DNA from: Paraspadella gotoi
Taxonomy: Eukaryota; Animalia; Chaetognatha
Direction of reading: 5' to 3'
Length of the DNA: 64,000 bases
NCBI GenBank assembly: GCA_051294375.1
Contig: CM119266.1
Location: 17,912,087 to 17,976,086 of the forward strand
A program made the translations under genes and the position numbers. Position 1 is the first letter of the stretch; each line of letters begins with the position of its first letter. Below the pieces are notes generated by a model. The model did no database searches. It was not told where the DNA came from and was given only the letters and a program-made list of their open reading frames with translations. Positions 12,523 through 25,700 of this stretch are shown piece after piece.

Positions 12523-12941
12523 CAGAAGGCTTCATATTATAAAATGAGGTATTGTGGCGGTATATTCACACTGCCTCACGTCCACCATCCTTCAGCCAAA
12601 TCCATTGGCTCAGAGGGGGAACACACCATCCCAGGCGTAGTGTTCCAACCACAGTCCTAACGACTTCCCTCTGCGTTGGCAAAGCGAGACCGTCCTAGGG
12701 TAACCGCGTGACTGGAGGCGTCACTGGGGGTCGGAAGCCCCCAAAGCCAACAGTGAGATGCTGTAATACAGGCTGTATCTCTTTTCAGGGATTGAATATA
12801 AAAATTCGCCTCGATAGTTCCATTTATATTGTCATTAGGACTGTATATGTAAAATTTTATAAAATTTGATCGGGTAGTTTGATGGTAACAGATTCTGGTC
12901 ACAAAAAAGGGATACCTCATTTTATGATATGAAGCCTTCTG
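12523..12941. mobile_element. Tc1/mariner-type MITE with TA TSD, carrying a fragment of the TG..CA element
   Basis: ~30-bp TIR CAGAAGGCTTCATATTATAAAATGAGGTAT / ATACCTCATTTTATGATATGAAGCCTTCTG flanked by TA; nested fragment at 12553-12761. Confidence 0.88.
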
Positions 12942-13128
12942 TACTTCGTATTCTGTAATTTATGTCAACAGTTTTATTGCCAGTGCACTCATCGAAGATT
13001 TAGTGTTTGCATCCAAAGGGGGAATTTTAGTTTAGTCTGTCGAGTATATTTAGTATGCGATTTTCACTAGTTTCTTTTTCTTTTCAGAAAGTAAATTAAA
13101 AAATAAAAAATAAACCCGAAATCAAATT

Positions 13129-16009
13129 ATGTCCGGCGTCCTCCACAAGAAAATCATGAACGAGAAATCTTCGCGCGGCCTTGAGGCGGAGGACGCTCGC
13201 CGCGTTGGTGGCGCCGGTGACTCCCCCGCCGCCGTCCACAAGTCGCTTCCGCCTCTCGACATCGGTGCCGGAGCGACTTCGCCGGCATCCTTGCGACAGA
13301 TGACGCCGTCTTCCGGCGTCGCGTCGCCGCTCAAACTCTTTGGTCAAGCGAAACGAAAGATCAACGAGATCTTCGTTGACATGGGATCCTATGCGAGAGA
13401 AAGTCATCTCTTCCTCGAGGAATTAAAGAGGACGGCGCCGGAAGTTTTAGGACGCGATGTGGTCTCCCTCGCCGATTACGCCGTCAAAGTCAACGGGATC
13501 GCCGACGTGCTCTCCAGGGATCACATGAAGGTGGCCTTCTTCGGCAGAACCTCCAACGGAAAATCAACCGTGATCAACGCCATGCTGCACAACAAGATCC
13601 TCCCCTCGGGCATCGGCCACACCACCTCTTGCTTCTGTCAAGTGGAAGGGACAGACTCTAGAGAACCTTATCTCCTCATCGACGAGACGGGAGAAACGCT
13701 ACCCGTGGAAAGCGTCGCTTCCCTCGCTCACGCCCTCTGCCGGGAAAAGTTGGAAGAGTCTTCGTTGGTGACGGTCCGATGGCCGAAAGATAAATGCGCC
13801 CTCTTGAAGGACGACGTGGTGTTCGTGGATTCGCCGGGGATCGACGTCTCTCCGGATCTCGATCTCTGGATCGACAAGCACTGCCTCGACGCCGATGTCT
13901 TCATCCTCGTCGGCAACTCGGAATCCACGCTCATGCAGGCGAGAATGGAGCTCTGGGGGATATGTTACAATTTTTAATTGATCATTATAATTATCAAGTT
14001 CAACAAATATTTTTGAGAGGAACCGAATCCGAAATTACAATTTATTTTTACATAATAATATCCTTATAAAATAATAGTAAATTTTCAATATGAATTTTTT
14101 TTAAAAATTAAAGATTTAGATTCTTCATAAAAAGTTAGACAAAAAATAAATAATATAATAATAATAATAATGTGTGAGAGACGATGACGCGAGCAATTCA
14201 CCGTCCGAACTTCGGATCGGGCTGTAGTCCGTCTCTGCTGGTGGGTTAGACGCCCCGTCGCGCTTTCTTGTGTGAATCAGCAGGGCGCGAACCCGAGTCC
14301 TTTGGGTTGGGAGGAGCTCGTGCTACCTCCGGCGCCATAGGCGCTGCTGATTCTCGGACGAGTAACGGGGTATGAAATACTACAGCTACAATTGTGACAT
14401 CTCTCAATCTTTTCATCGATCCACCCTAATGCAGGCAGAGAAAAAGTTCTTTCACAAAGTCAACGAACGTCTCTCTAAACCCAACGTCTTCATCCTCAAC
14501 AATCGATGGGACGCTTCGGCCAGCGAACCCGAGATCATGGAGATGGTGCGGAGTCAGCATCTCGAGCGCGGCGTCAGCTTTCTCGCTGACGAACTCAAAG
14601 TCGTCTCAAAACTGGAGGCGGAAGATCGTGTCTTCTTCGTATCCGCTCGAGAGGCGTTGATGGCGCGATTAAAGGAGGCTGGCACGCCAACTCCCGGAGG
14701 CGACATGGGGCCTCTCCAAGGACATCAGGCGCGCCTATTTGAGTTCAACAACTTTGAGCGAAAATTCGAGGAGTGCATCTCAAAGAGCGCAGTCAAGACC
14801 AAGTTCGCCAAGCACTCGGAACAGGGCAAGCAAATCGTCGCCTCTCTGTGCAAGCTGATGGAGGAAGTGTTGCGAGACGGCGGGGATCTTCGCGCCAAGC
14901 ACGAGGCGGCTCGAAAGGAGCAAGCTGATCGATTAGACTTTGTCGACAAGCAGCTTGCGATGTTGGCGCGGGAGATGAAGGATAAGATTCGTTCGATGGT
15001 GGAGGATGTAGAGCGTCAAGTATCCCACGCCCTCAACGACGAGATCCGACGTCTTTCCGTTCTCGTCGACGAATTCGAACGACCCTTTCATCCCGACCCT
15101 CTCGTCCTCGCCGTCTACAAGAAAGAACTCCACCAATGGGTCGAGAAAGGTCTCGGCAGGAACCTCTCAAGCCGCTGCAATGCCGCCCTGTTGCAGTCGC
15201 TGCAGGTCACCGAGGAAGAGATGACGACCCGCTTGGCGTCGCTGCTGCCGCCGGAGAAGATGCCTCAAGTCAGGAACGAAGCTTCGCCCAAAAAAGACTT
15301 TGAGATTCTCTACCGAACTGATTGTCACAACCTCTGCGCGGACTTCCAAGAGGACATCGCTTTTCGCTTTTCCATCGGCATCCCCGCCCTCGTCAATCGA
15401 GTCCTCGGCCCAAAAAGGCACAAGTTAGCGGGCCTCTTCGGCCTGGCGCCGGAATCGATCCCACGACCATTTCCTCCCTCGACGCCGCAGACGCCCTCTA
15501 ACGAGCGATCGACGTATCAAGACGAGAGTGAGACGATGATGTTGCTCGCCAACGCCTTCGTGTCTCTCACGTCGAGAACGACGGTCGGCGCGCTGGCGGC
15601 GTTCGGGATCGTGTGGCGCGCCGTCGGGTGGCGCGTCGTAGCTTTCGCCGCTTCGCTCTACTGCGGACTCTACCTCTACGAGCGCCTCACCTGGACGAAC
15701 AAGGCCAAGGAGCGGACCTTCAAGAAGCAGTACGTGCAGTACGCCTCCTCCAAGCTGCGACTCATAGTGGACCTAACTTCGTCCAACTGCTCGCATCAAG
15801 TGCAGCAGGAATTGGTGGCCACGCTGAACAGGCTTTGCCATCAGGTGGAGATCTCCAAGACGGAACTGGACGAGGCGTTGCGGGAGTTGAACAGGGACAT
15901 CAGCAAGTTGGAGGACGTGGGCAACAAGGCCAAGGTGCTGCGAAACAAGGCCCAATGGTTGGACTCAGATTTGGCCGAATTCATGGACAATTTTCTCGCC
16001 CAAATGTGA
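13129..16009 (+). CDS. MFN: Mitofusin (Marf/Fzo-like), exons 13129-13938 and 14435-16009, GC-AG intron
   Basis: [31 protein letters not shown] GTPase motifs; TM segment; [10 protein letters not shown]; C-terminal HR2. Confidence 0.96.
14150..14347 (-). mobile_element. tRNA-derived SINE in the mitofusin intron
   Basis: Minus strand shows an A-box-like TGGCGCCGGAGG, a B-box-like GGGTTCGCGCCC, a GC-rich body and an (ATT)n tail. Confidence 0.65.
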
Positions 16010-16586
16010 AGGTCGTTTTTTGAGATTTGTCTTGCATTTAAAATTTTTTTGTGGCGAGTTTTCTTTTTAGATTTTAAACTTATAGTAATTATTCGGCAAT
16101 TTCAATTTTTTTATTATTTACTTTTGATTTTTCAATATTCATACGTAGATTTGTAGTTTACACTGTTTTACGAAATGCGGTATTTTTTTCTCCAATTCTT
16201 TTATTGTTTGAAATTATTAAGACGTACGTGTACTAACTTACCGAATAATTTATTGATAGGCAAAAAGTTATCACTGTGAAAAATTGTGGAAATGGAGAAA
16301 CTTGCATTAAAATCGGTTTCAACAAGACGGAAGGTCGGCGTTTTCTGGGCTTTCCTTGACTTTTAACAATTAAATAAAATTATTTGTTAATGCGTCTCTC
16401 CCGTTAAATTTTTCCCATGAATTATATCGTTTTAACCCAACCATCCCCCCCAGTCGTCTTGGGGATGCTTTAATGTTATGATGAGAATTTCTTAGAAATG
16501 GAAAAGAAAAAATAAACTGTGCTCAGAGGCGCTGCGACCTCGATGTTCCCTCTGGTCTCAAACAAAGTACAACGATTAAAAATAAA

Positions 16587-16760
16587 ATGATTATGCGTCG
16601 CTATTTTGGGTTTCGACTCGAAAAGAAGGAAATCCTTTTCGCCTTTTTCTTTGGCTGCGGCTCGGCTTTTTACGTCTTCAAACCCTTGATCGATGCCAAA
16701 CGAGATCGAGTAAGAGAGAAGTTGGATTCGGAAAAAGACAAAGATGTTGCCGCTTCATGA
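16587..16760 (+). CDS. PIGBOS1: PIGBOS1-like mitochondrial outer-membrane microprotein (57 aa)
   Basis: MIMRRYFGFRLEKKEILFAFFFGCGSAFYVFKPLIDAKRDRVREKLDSEKDKDVAAS*: basic N-terminus, one TM ending in Y(V/I)F.P, charged tail, as in PIGBOS1. Has the aaaATG context of neighbouring genes. Confidence 0.7.
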   Translation: MIMRRYFGFRLEKKEILFAFFFGCGSAFYVFKPLIDAKRDRVREKLDSEKDKDVAAS

Positions 16761-17457
16761 TCATGTGCCTTGACCTCGTTGGGAGTCGGATTGCGTTGGT
16801 CTCCAAAGAAAGAAGACCCTCAAAACGATAAGAAATGATGACTCGAACGATCTTTCCTCTGGAGTGAGATTTGACGATAGCATGTTTAGGACTGGACTAT
16901 TTGTCAAAACATATGTTGATGTTTAAGAAACTTGAATCTAGTTTTTGGCTTCCCACAAAATAATTTTATTGATTTGATTATTTATTTGTTAAATACCTTG
17001 GCTTCATTTGGTTTTGTTTCTGTTAATTAAAAATAATAATATAAAGATAAACCAAAACCCAAACCGCAAATTTATTTCGGTTTTTTCTTTTTAAAAAAAA
17101 TTAGTATTAAATTTATCGAGGTAGCGAGTAACTAAAACTTGAAAGAAAAAAACCATCTAACACTAAGAAAAAGAAAGAAAAAAATATTTTTTATTAAAAA
17201 GATTGTAACAGTTTATTAATCAGGCAATCAATTCTTCTGATGTTCGCCGTTAAATTTCACTTATCTCGTCTTAAGGATTCCATCTTTATTACTTATCGAC
17301 ATAAAATTCCACAATGATCCCTGAGAGTTTGCTGTTTTCGATTCCGTAGCCACCCGCGCGCGCGGGCACTGAGAAAAGAGCGATGCAGTCCCGGTTGCCC
17401 CTTTCTTTCAGCCCCGGCGGCCGGGGCAACCCCTGAATTCCCCCCCCTTTGGTCACG

Positions 17458-17970
17458 ATGAGCGTGCGAGAGGGCGGACGGCGCCCCACCTCGGAAGGAC
17501 GGAGCCTCTACGCAGTCCTCGGCGTCGAAAGGGACGCCACCGAGAATGAGATCCGCCACGCCTACCGTAAGATGGCGCTCAAACATCACCCGGACAAGAA
17601 CCCGGATGATCCGGAGGCGGAGGAAAGGTTCAAAGTGATCAACCACGCCTACTCGATCCTCTCTGACGAAAGGAAGAGGCGCATCTACGACGAGCACGGA
17701 AGCGAAGGCCTTGAGATCGCAGAGACTTACGGAGCAGAGAACGTGAATCTTTTCTACACCGTGAACAGCCCCGTCACCACGGCCATCGTCCTCTGCATCG
17801 GTCTCCTCACCTGCTGCTTCGGATGCTGCTTTTGCTGTTGCTTTTGCTGCTTCGGCTTCTGCTGCGGCGCTTGCGCTCCCAAGGAGGGAGGATCGGAGAG
17901 CGGAGGAAGAGGAAGAGGAAAGAAGAAAAAAAAGACGAAGACGAAGAAGAGAAGACAAAAGTCGAAATAG
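17458..17970 (+). CDS. DNAJC5: DnaJ cysteine-string protein-like, intronless
   Basis: J domain ([25 protein letters not shown]) followed by cysteine string [24 protein letters not shown]. Confidence 0.88.
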   Translation: MSVREGGRRPTSEGRSLYAVLGVERDATENEIRHAYRKMALKHHPDKNPDDPEAEERFKVINHAYSILSDERKRRIYDEHGSEGLEIAETYGAENVNLFYTVNSPVTTAIVLCIGLLTCCFGCCFCCCFCCFGFCCGACAPKEGGSESGGRGRGKKKKKTKTKKRRQKSK

Positions 17971-18304
17971 TGACGCGACGATCGATCGATTGATCGATGA
18001 TGATGATGATGATGATCTGTTACGCGGATTTGTTCGTGTTAGCAGAAATTGCTTTTATTTAGGACGAACGTCAAGTCTTTATCAACGCCGCGTTTTACTT
18101 TTGGTATCTATTTTTTGAGATTTTCCTCGTTTTTAATTTTCAGGTGTCTTAATTTAGTTTTTCGATCAAAATCAAGACTTGAAACCCCAGGATGGATGAA
18201 ACTACAGTCATGGTAAAGAAAAGTTGTTGGACTACTATGAAAAACCAAAACTAGGCTTCTAATGAAGCCCAACGCCCTTTCCCTCCACCTAAAACTGGCA
18301 CAAA

Positions 18305-19454
18305 ATGCTGGCCCCTTCGCCCGAACACAGCAGAGACCTCTCGCCCGCTCAATACTCTCCTGTCGCCGCTCCTCGCGCCCCGTGCGACTCCGCCGTCGTC
18401 TCTCTCAACGTCGGCGGTTCGACCTTCTCCGCTCGACTGGGCACGCTGATCGCGAGTCATCCGGGCTCCTTGTTGTCGGAGATTCTGTGGGCGTGGCCTT
18501 CGGTCTCGGCTGTGGACGTTGACGCTCAGGGACGCGTCTTCCTCGATCGCGATCCCGTCGTCTTCCGTCTCGTTCTAAATTTTCTCCGCACGGGAGCGCT
18601 GGCGTTGCCTGATGACTTTTCCGAGTGGCGCCTGCTCAAGCGAGAGATCGTCGAGTATAAGATTCCTCGGTTGACCCAGCTGGTCTCTACTCTCGATGCC
18701 CAGGTCGAGTTTTGTCTCGGCGGAGAACATTTTCGGCTGCCGAGGAAGACCCTCCTCAGGTTCAAGTTTTTCGAACGGCTTTTGCAAGGTAAGTAGGGAA
18801 GATGAGAAGGATTTAGCTTGCCGTCCCATCCTCCCCTTTCTCTTTCTCTTTTTATTATCATCCTCCGTCGTATGTCTCATTTCTACATTTTCTCCTGGAA
18901 AATTAGAAAATGTTCTCGTTTTTCTGACCGAGAATCGGTTCCGACCAAATCAAATTGTATATGATTTTCACTCTATTTCATCACGCCGTTATATGTTAGG
19001 AGGCGAATCTTGCGTAACCCGACACGTAGTCCTCAAGGTTTTATATAAAATAAAGTGTAATGTTATGCTTTCGCTATTAGTTAAAGCACTATCAAGGATA
19101 AACTTGTTAAATTGCGAATAAACTTTAGTGGAAATACTTGATCTCATTTAATGTAAACCTAAGCCTAACGATCTATAATCGTCCTCAGGCGAGACTTCAA
19201 TGACCCTCAACGAAGAAGGCATGATGACCATCTGCAATAGAGACGCTAATTTGTTCGTCAAAGTCTTGACGGTTTTACAGACTTGCGACGGAATCGCGTC
19301 CGGTGAAGGCCCTCCGTCCGCAGCGCCGAAGAGCCTGACGCCAGAGAGGCTCGCCCGGGTGTGCGAGTCGATCTTCGGCGTCGGTCTAGCAGGAGATGAG
19401 CTCTCTTTCGCCTGCGAACGCGGAATGGCAGAGACGAGGTTTTACACGGAATAG
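18305..19454 (+). CDS. KCTD-family protein with tandem T1-type BTB domains, exons ~18305-18788 and 19189-19454
   Basis: VSLNVGG..F, FLDRDPVVFRLVLNFLRTG; second unit VEFCLGGEHF...ICNRDANLF. Start codon uncertain. Confidence 0.8.
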
Positions 19455-19711
19455 AGGGCTAGTTAGCATTTGTTAATCGTCATATTTGACGCTTTTACCC
19501 AACGAATTTGTTTTTCATATTCCAGATATACATATTATACGTTGTATCGTTCGTGCTGGGTTGTTACATGATTATTTATGATAATATCACTTTTTTCATT
19601 TGCGGCGACACTAAATTTTATCATTGTTAATTTATTTCGTAGCTTCAAGCATGAAAATAGAAAAATCAAAACTGAGTCTAGCTTTCCGCTAGCGACCAAA
19701 AAAAAAAACAG

Positions 19712-22700
19712 ATGGGAATCCAAAGCCTCCAACATTTTTTGGAGGCGCAAGAGAAAAGTCAGAAGAAAGTGGACCTGGTGAGACTCGCCTCGGAGGCGAG
19801 GAAAGAGCCGTCCAGATCCTCGAAAGGCTTTCGTCTCGTCCTCGACGCCGAGTCCTGCCTGGACAGGCTCTACGGAGGCTTCACTTCCGATTGGATCTCC
19901 GGCGGACAGTGGAATCGAACCTTTCAGTTTTTAAGGTTTTATACCGTTTTAGTTGTCGTTCATTTGAAAATATATATAAATATAAATATATAATATAAAA
20001 TATATCATAATGAAAAAATTTTGTATGTAAACAAAGCCAGTTTAGGAACGTGACTACGAGATGTTTTCCCTTAACACAGACCCGCTTTTCTTTCTTTTTC
20101 AATGAGTTTAATTCAATGAACTCCGCCCAACTCTCTATCCCAAGCTCTCTTCAAAAGACCTGCCACGCCAACGACATCCGCCTCCACTTCGTCTTTAACG
20201 GCGCCTTGGAAATAACGCGCATGCGGCAATGGACGACGCGCCAACTCATTGCCCGCGACAAGATTCAGCGCACCTTTCGTCAAGCAACGCAGCGCGGGAC
20301 GCCGCCGCCCAAACTCTGGTGGGTCCCGCCCGTCGGGTTGCGGATGACGCTGCTGCTGGCGCTGCGGTATTTGGGCGTGGAGGTTTGCGTCGCAATGGAC
20401 GATCATCATCAGGAGGCTATCGCCTATTGCAGGTGGGCGAAGACTGATGGTTTCGTTGAAAACTATTAATGACAGAGACGATCGATATTTCTTTTGTTTA
20501 AAAGTTTATAATTTTTAGAGAAAACGAGTGCGAAGGACTCATCGCCGATGATGGAGATTATGCCGTTTTCAGTCCGCCCAAATATTTTTCGGCTAGGAAA
20601 TTAAAGCTAACCTTCAGGTAATCAGAAGGGACAAAAGGATGTCTCTTCAACAACTAAATTGGACACAATTTGACGCGTAAAAGTCGAAAATCGATCGTCA
20701 TCCCTTTTCAGGGGAACCATCGAAACTGCCCAATATTACATGGATGATTTGGCCAAATCTGTTGACCTTCATCCAAACCGATTTTGTCTCATGGCCGCTT
20801 TGCTCGGGAACCACATTCTTGCTGAAGAAGAATTGCATGGTTAGTTTATAAAATGAAAAAGACAGGCTGCTAGGCGATGTCAGATAGTAATTTCAAGTCG
20901 TTTCAGATGGTTACGCTGTTCAGGTTTTTACCATCACCTATTAAAGACCGACCCCCGAAGTCTGGACTCACGATCGATCCTGACGGCCGTCATCAACTTC
21001 GTCCGTCGGATTGAAAAAGCAGATGACCTCAACTCTGTCGCCGAAGTCGTCTTTCTCAGTTGCTCTTCCGCCAACGAGCGCGAGCAATACCAGGTGGGTT
21101 AAAAAAAAAGTCCTACGACTAGACTAGATACTCTATAATATTTATAATATTGTATAGACAAGATATATTAAGGCAGGCCATAATTTAACATTTTTTACAA
21201 AATGAAATAGTCTGCAATAAAATTATTTTGTCCTTTTACAACCAAATTGACTTATGAAGTTCATTTTCATTTTCCTCATGCATTTAAACATTTTAATATT
21301 TAACAATATATAAGAAATGCTTACAAATTTTTTTAAGAAATTTAATTTTTTAAAAATGGATTCTGATAAAGATCAAAAAGTTAGATAGAGATTACTATTA
21401 CAAATTTCAAAAATTTTAATGTTAAATGGGTTAAAATTTGAAAAAAAATTTTAAAACTTATCATCATCATTCAATAAATTTGAAAGTTTTTATTAATTTT
21501 TATAAACAAATCATTAAAATTTCAAAAGGTTGTAATAATAACCTTCATCTAACATTTCAACCTTTATCAGAATCCGATTGAAAAAAATTCAAAATTAATA
21601 TAAAATAGCTTTCATGCGTTTAACTATAAGATAAATCTTAATTTTTTTTTATTTTCACGATCTTTAATAAACACATTAACAATATTTATACCGGACTTCT
21701 GTTAGTTGTGTAACTTGTTCCGCCTTAATACTTAATATAAATATATATTAATAATTATTATATATTGTAATATATGAAATTGGTGCAACCAATATAAAAA
21801 TTATCCATTCATTTAATAAATAAGCTATCTTGCCCCTGACTTTGGACAGGCTTTGGTGGTTTAAGGCCTCCATCACTCTTACAAGATAATAACATAGCAG
21901 GTCCCTGCAAGCTTTCAATCAAGATTCTCTCAGTCTCGTTTATTCACTCCCAGAGTACCTGGCTTCCCTATCAATGAGGTGGTATAATGTTTCAAAGAAT
22001 GTTTCAATTGTATGAAAAGACCACTCCCTTAAGTATTAGATCGGGGACTACTATAATATATAATAAGCTATCTTGACCCTGATTTTTTTCATCACAAGAT
22101 AATAACATAGCAGGACCCCGCAAGCTTTTTATCAAGACTCTCACACAATCTCGTTAATTAATTCCTGGAGTACCTGGTTTCCCTATCAATGAAGTAGTAT
22201 AATTTTTCAAAGAAAAAAGTTTCAATTGTTACTAAATATTAAGTAAATACTAAATAGGTTTCTTTACAAAAATCTTTCCCTATTTCATGAAACGCGTCAG
22301 GACAAACTGCGCCGACTGAAGCAAAGCGTTCAATATTACACGAACGGAACCCACGACGGATTTCTTAACTATCGACTCAAAGGCGGCGACGACGCCCCGG
22401 GGAGCTACGAGGGTGCGAGGTATCGCAACGGACACGACGCAGGCGGCGGACAAAATGGAGGACATTTCGCGTCCGACGCCGAAGAACGAAAGGTTCTTTA
22501 TGATGAGCGGGGTTTTCCGTCTCATGCTCACCCTTCTGAGAGTATCAATAACTATGAAAATTTGCAAATTACTTGTTTCACTATTTTTCATTTTTCTATT
22601 TTAATATTTTGATATTTTTATGAAGGATTTAGTATTTAATCTATATTATTTATTCAAACATATATTGCTTTCTTTTTTAAAAATGTTTTATTTATCTAAT

Positions 22701-25700
22701 AATACAATTTGGGAAGGGGAAGTCAGTGTTGTCTTCTGGAAATAGAGGGAGCATCTATACAACACAAAGTTAGATTACTATCTGTCCTAGTTTTTTAATA
22801 GATATCACACATCATTTCTGTTAGAAAGTCATTAATGAAAAATCATAATATCTAAGAGGCTGAACAGAAAGGGTGGGAATGGATAATTTTTTGAGGGACC
22901 AACGTTATATATGATTTTTTTTACCAATAGGGATAAGACTTTCAAGTAATATTGAAAAAAGGAAAATACCATTAAGATTAATTATTATATATATAATTAT
23001 ATAATTAAACTATTATTATTCTATTAATAAAGTACTGTGTCGATTACCTAACCTATAACAGTATAGCTCTCTCCCTTGTTTATCAACCGTGAGTTTTGGG
23101 GTCAATCCCCTCATGGTTATTGGTTACACTGGTTAATAGTGTGCTTGGTATTGGTATAGAGTTATGCACTGTAGATTCATATCCCTGTGCACCAGTTGTC
23201 GGTGAGATGCCTCACTCCTCGAGTATCATGGACGTCCCCCTTTTTCTCATAGTACTTCTGTCAGGAACAAACGGTAGTTTAATATAAATTTTATCTATAT
23301 TGAGTAAATTTTAATTATTTTAGGTAGAGGAGGCTCCGAGACCCGTCGACTCGAAGACTATTTGTCATTCCGACGTCGACGACGACGACGACAATGACGA
23401 CGACAGGTCGTCACGTGACTTGACGAATCATCATCCGTTTGACGCTATCGACGAAATTCGAACGAGCATGGCGGCCATGAGTGTTGATAAGAAAACGAAA
23501 TCGGGTCAGTGAGGCGGTTTTAAGTGATTTTCAGAAACGCATCTTGATGGTTACTTTACGTATTACAAGGAGATCCACGGGTACCGACCACAAGAAAATA
23601 GCTACAGCACCCTTACGACCTATCCAATTGTCATGATATCGATTTTATGAGTTAGAAAAGTCCTGAAAATTTTTTTTGTAAAACATATGACGAAACTGCA
23701 AAAATCTTGATTTTTTAAAATTCTTTTAACAAAACTTTAACTTAACATAAGCTACCCTTTTATAGTGTGACTAACCAGTAACCACCAATGGCCGACATGC
23801 TACAAAACAGGAAACCCTTAACTTTTCGGCTCATAAAAAAAATTGCAATATACAAGACCTGCATTGAAATAGCAGAGAGTGAAGTTCAAAGCAGAAAAAC
23901 TGAACCTCAAAGAATTTTAAAATCAGAAAACTTGAAAAGGCGATCTTTACAATAAGATGATGGTACTAAAAAAAAATTGTCATGACTTGAAATTGTATTG
24001 CTACTTTAATGAAAATTGTTTTTAAATTGCTTACTAAGCTATTAAAATTATTTTGCGGTCGGTACCCGTGGATCTCTTTGTACTTCGTTTATTTGATTTC
24101 TCTTCATTTCTATCTATGTCGGGAATTTATTACTCTTTTGATTCTTTAACAGACGCTGGCTCGTATCCCGAAAATTCTACGAGCCTTTCATCTGGACTTT
24201 CCATCTCCTCTCAAATTCCCTCCACCGCGAGGCCTCAAATCCCCGACCCTCTCCCCAGTCGATCATCCACCAACGTTCCTTTCCTCCCTCGCGAAATCCT
24301 CAGAGTCGCATCCCAACGACATCTTAAGGGCTACATGTGCCCCTGGATTTACCAAGTCATCAATCACGGTAGTCGAAAATTTAGCACTTTAATCATATTT
24401 GCATATTGTAGCTCTTAGATTTATCATCTGTTGTAAGTGTTTCATTAGATTTGTAATATTAATTTTTGTTAAAAATTGTTTAGCCAATCGCCTATACGTA
24501 CTTTTGATATTGCTATTCTATCCCGATTCTTCCTTCATTGTTTCTTACCCATAATTTCTCACGAAGGCGAAATCAAATTGGACGTTTGCTTCGAAGACGA
24601 GAACGAAGTGACCTCCTCCTGCGATCTCCCTTCCGCCCTCGATCTTTTCCGAGAGGCGAGACAGAACGTCTACGGAATTCTCTTTAACGCGAAGGAGAAG
24701 CAGATCGGGAGAGGAAGACTCTGCCAAGCACAGTTGGACAATTCCCTAGTCGTCAAAGAATGGTGCGTTATAGTTCATATTGTTTATTAAGTTATTATTA
24801 CCTATTATTTGAAAAAAAAGCTTTAATCACCGGGCCCTCTAGGTACGTGAACCGCGGTAACATGGGTGAACGCGCGGACGAAGTTCCGGTCCGAACTCTT
24901 GATTGGGCCGTCCCTCCGTTGCAGCATCTCTGGATGGGGACAGCGCTCGAGGACAAACCCAAGAGAGTCCGAGCTTTCCTTTCTTGCCTTAACAGTGAAT
25001 CTTTGAAAGCAGGTCAGGACTGGTTAGGAGGTCAGGTTTGCGTCACTGGTTCCTGAGTGCAGTTAAATTAACCCCGTCTTTCCTCTTCCAACAGTAAACA
25101 TTCCTCCGCATCTGCTGATGCTCTGTTGCGTGTTGCGCTACATGCTGAGCTACTCCAACTTGACGCGTCCCTTTTTGCGTCGCTACGAACTCGACGCGTT
25201 CCTTGCCACCGCCGTTTCTCCGCTGCTCACCAACGTCGACTTTACGCAGGATATGCAGCTGCCGATTATGGACACCAGGTGGAGCTAAAAGCATCTATAA
25301 AATAATAATCTAAACCTTAGAAAACCGAATCAAAATAATAGGAATAATATAAAGCTTGCTAAATCCTTGCTAAATCCTTCATTACAATATAAAAATAGAA
25401 AAGAGTGATGGAGGCCTTAAACCACCAAAGCCTGTCCAAAGTCAGGGGCAAGTTAGCTTATTTATTGAATGAATCGATAATTTTTATATTGGTTGTACAA
25501 ATTTCATAAACTGTAAAAGACATTAATAATTAATCATTTGAAAATAAAAAAACTTGTTCTCCTTTGAAATAAACGAAAAGTTACTGTGCTACAGAAGCCC
25601 ACGTCTTTGTCGTAAGTTTATCTCAATAATTAATGTTTTACCTGATTATAGGTCGATGATGTTGGCGTCCATATTTATGCGCGGACTGGAGATCGGTTAG

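Noticed and set aside
14270-14347. Possible tRNA gene (also the B-box at ~1133)
   Set aside because: No complete cloverleaf; both sit inside repeat elements, consistent with tRNA-derived heads.
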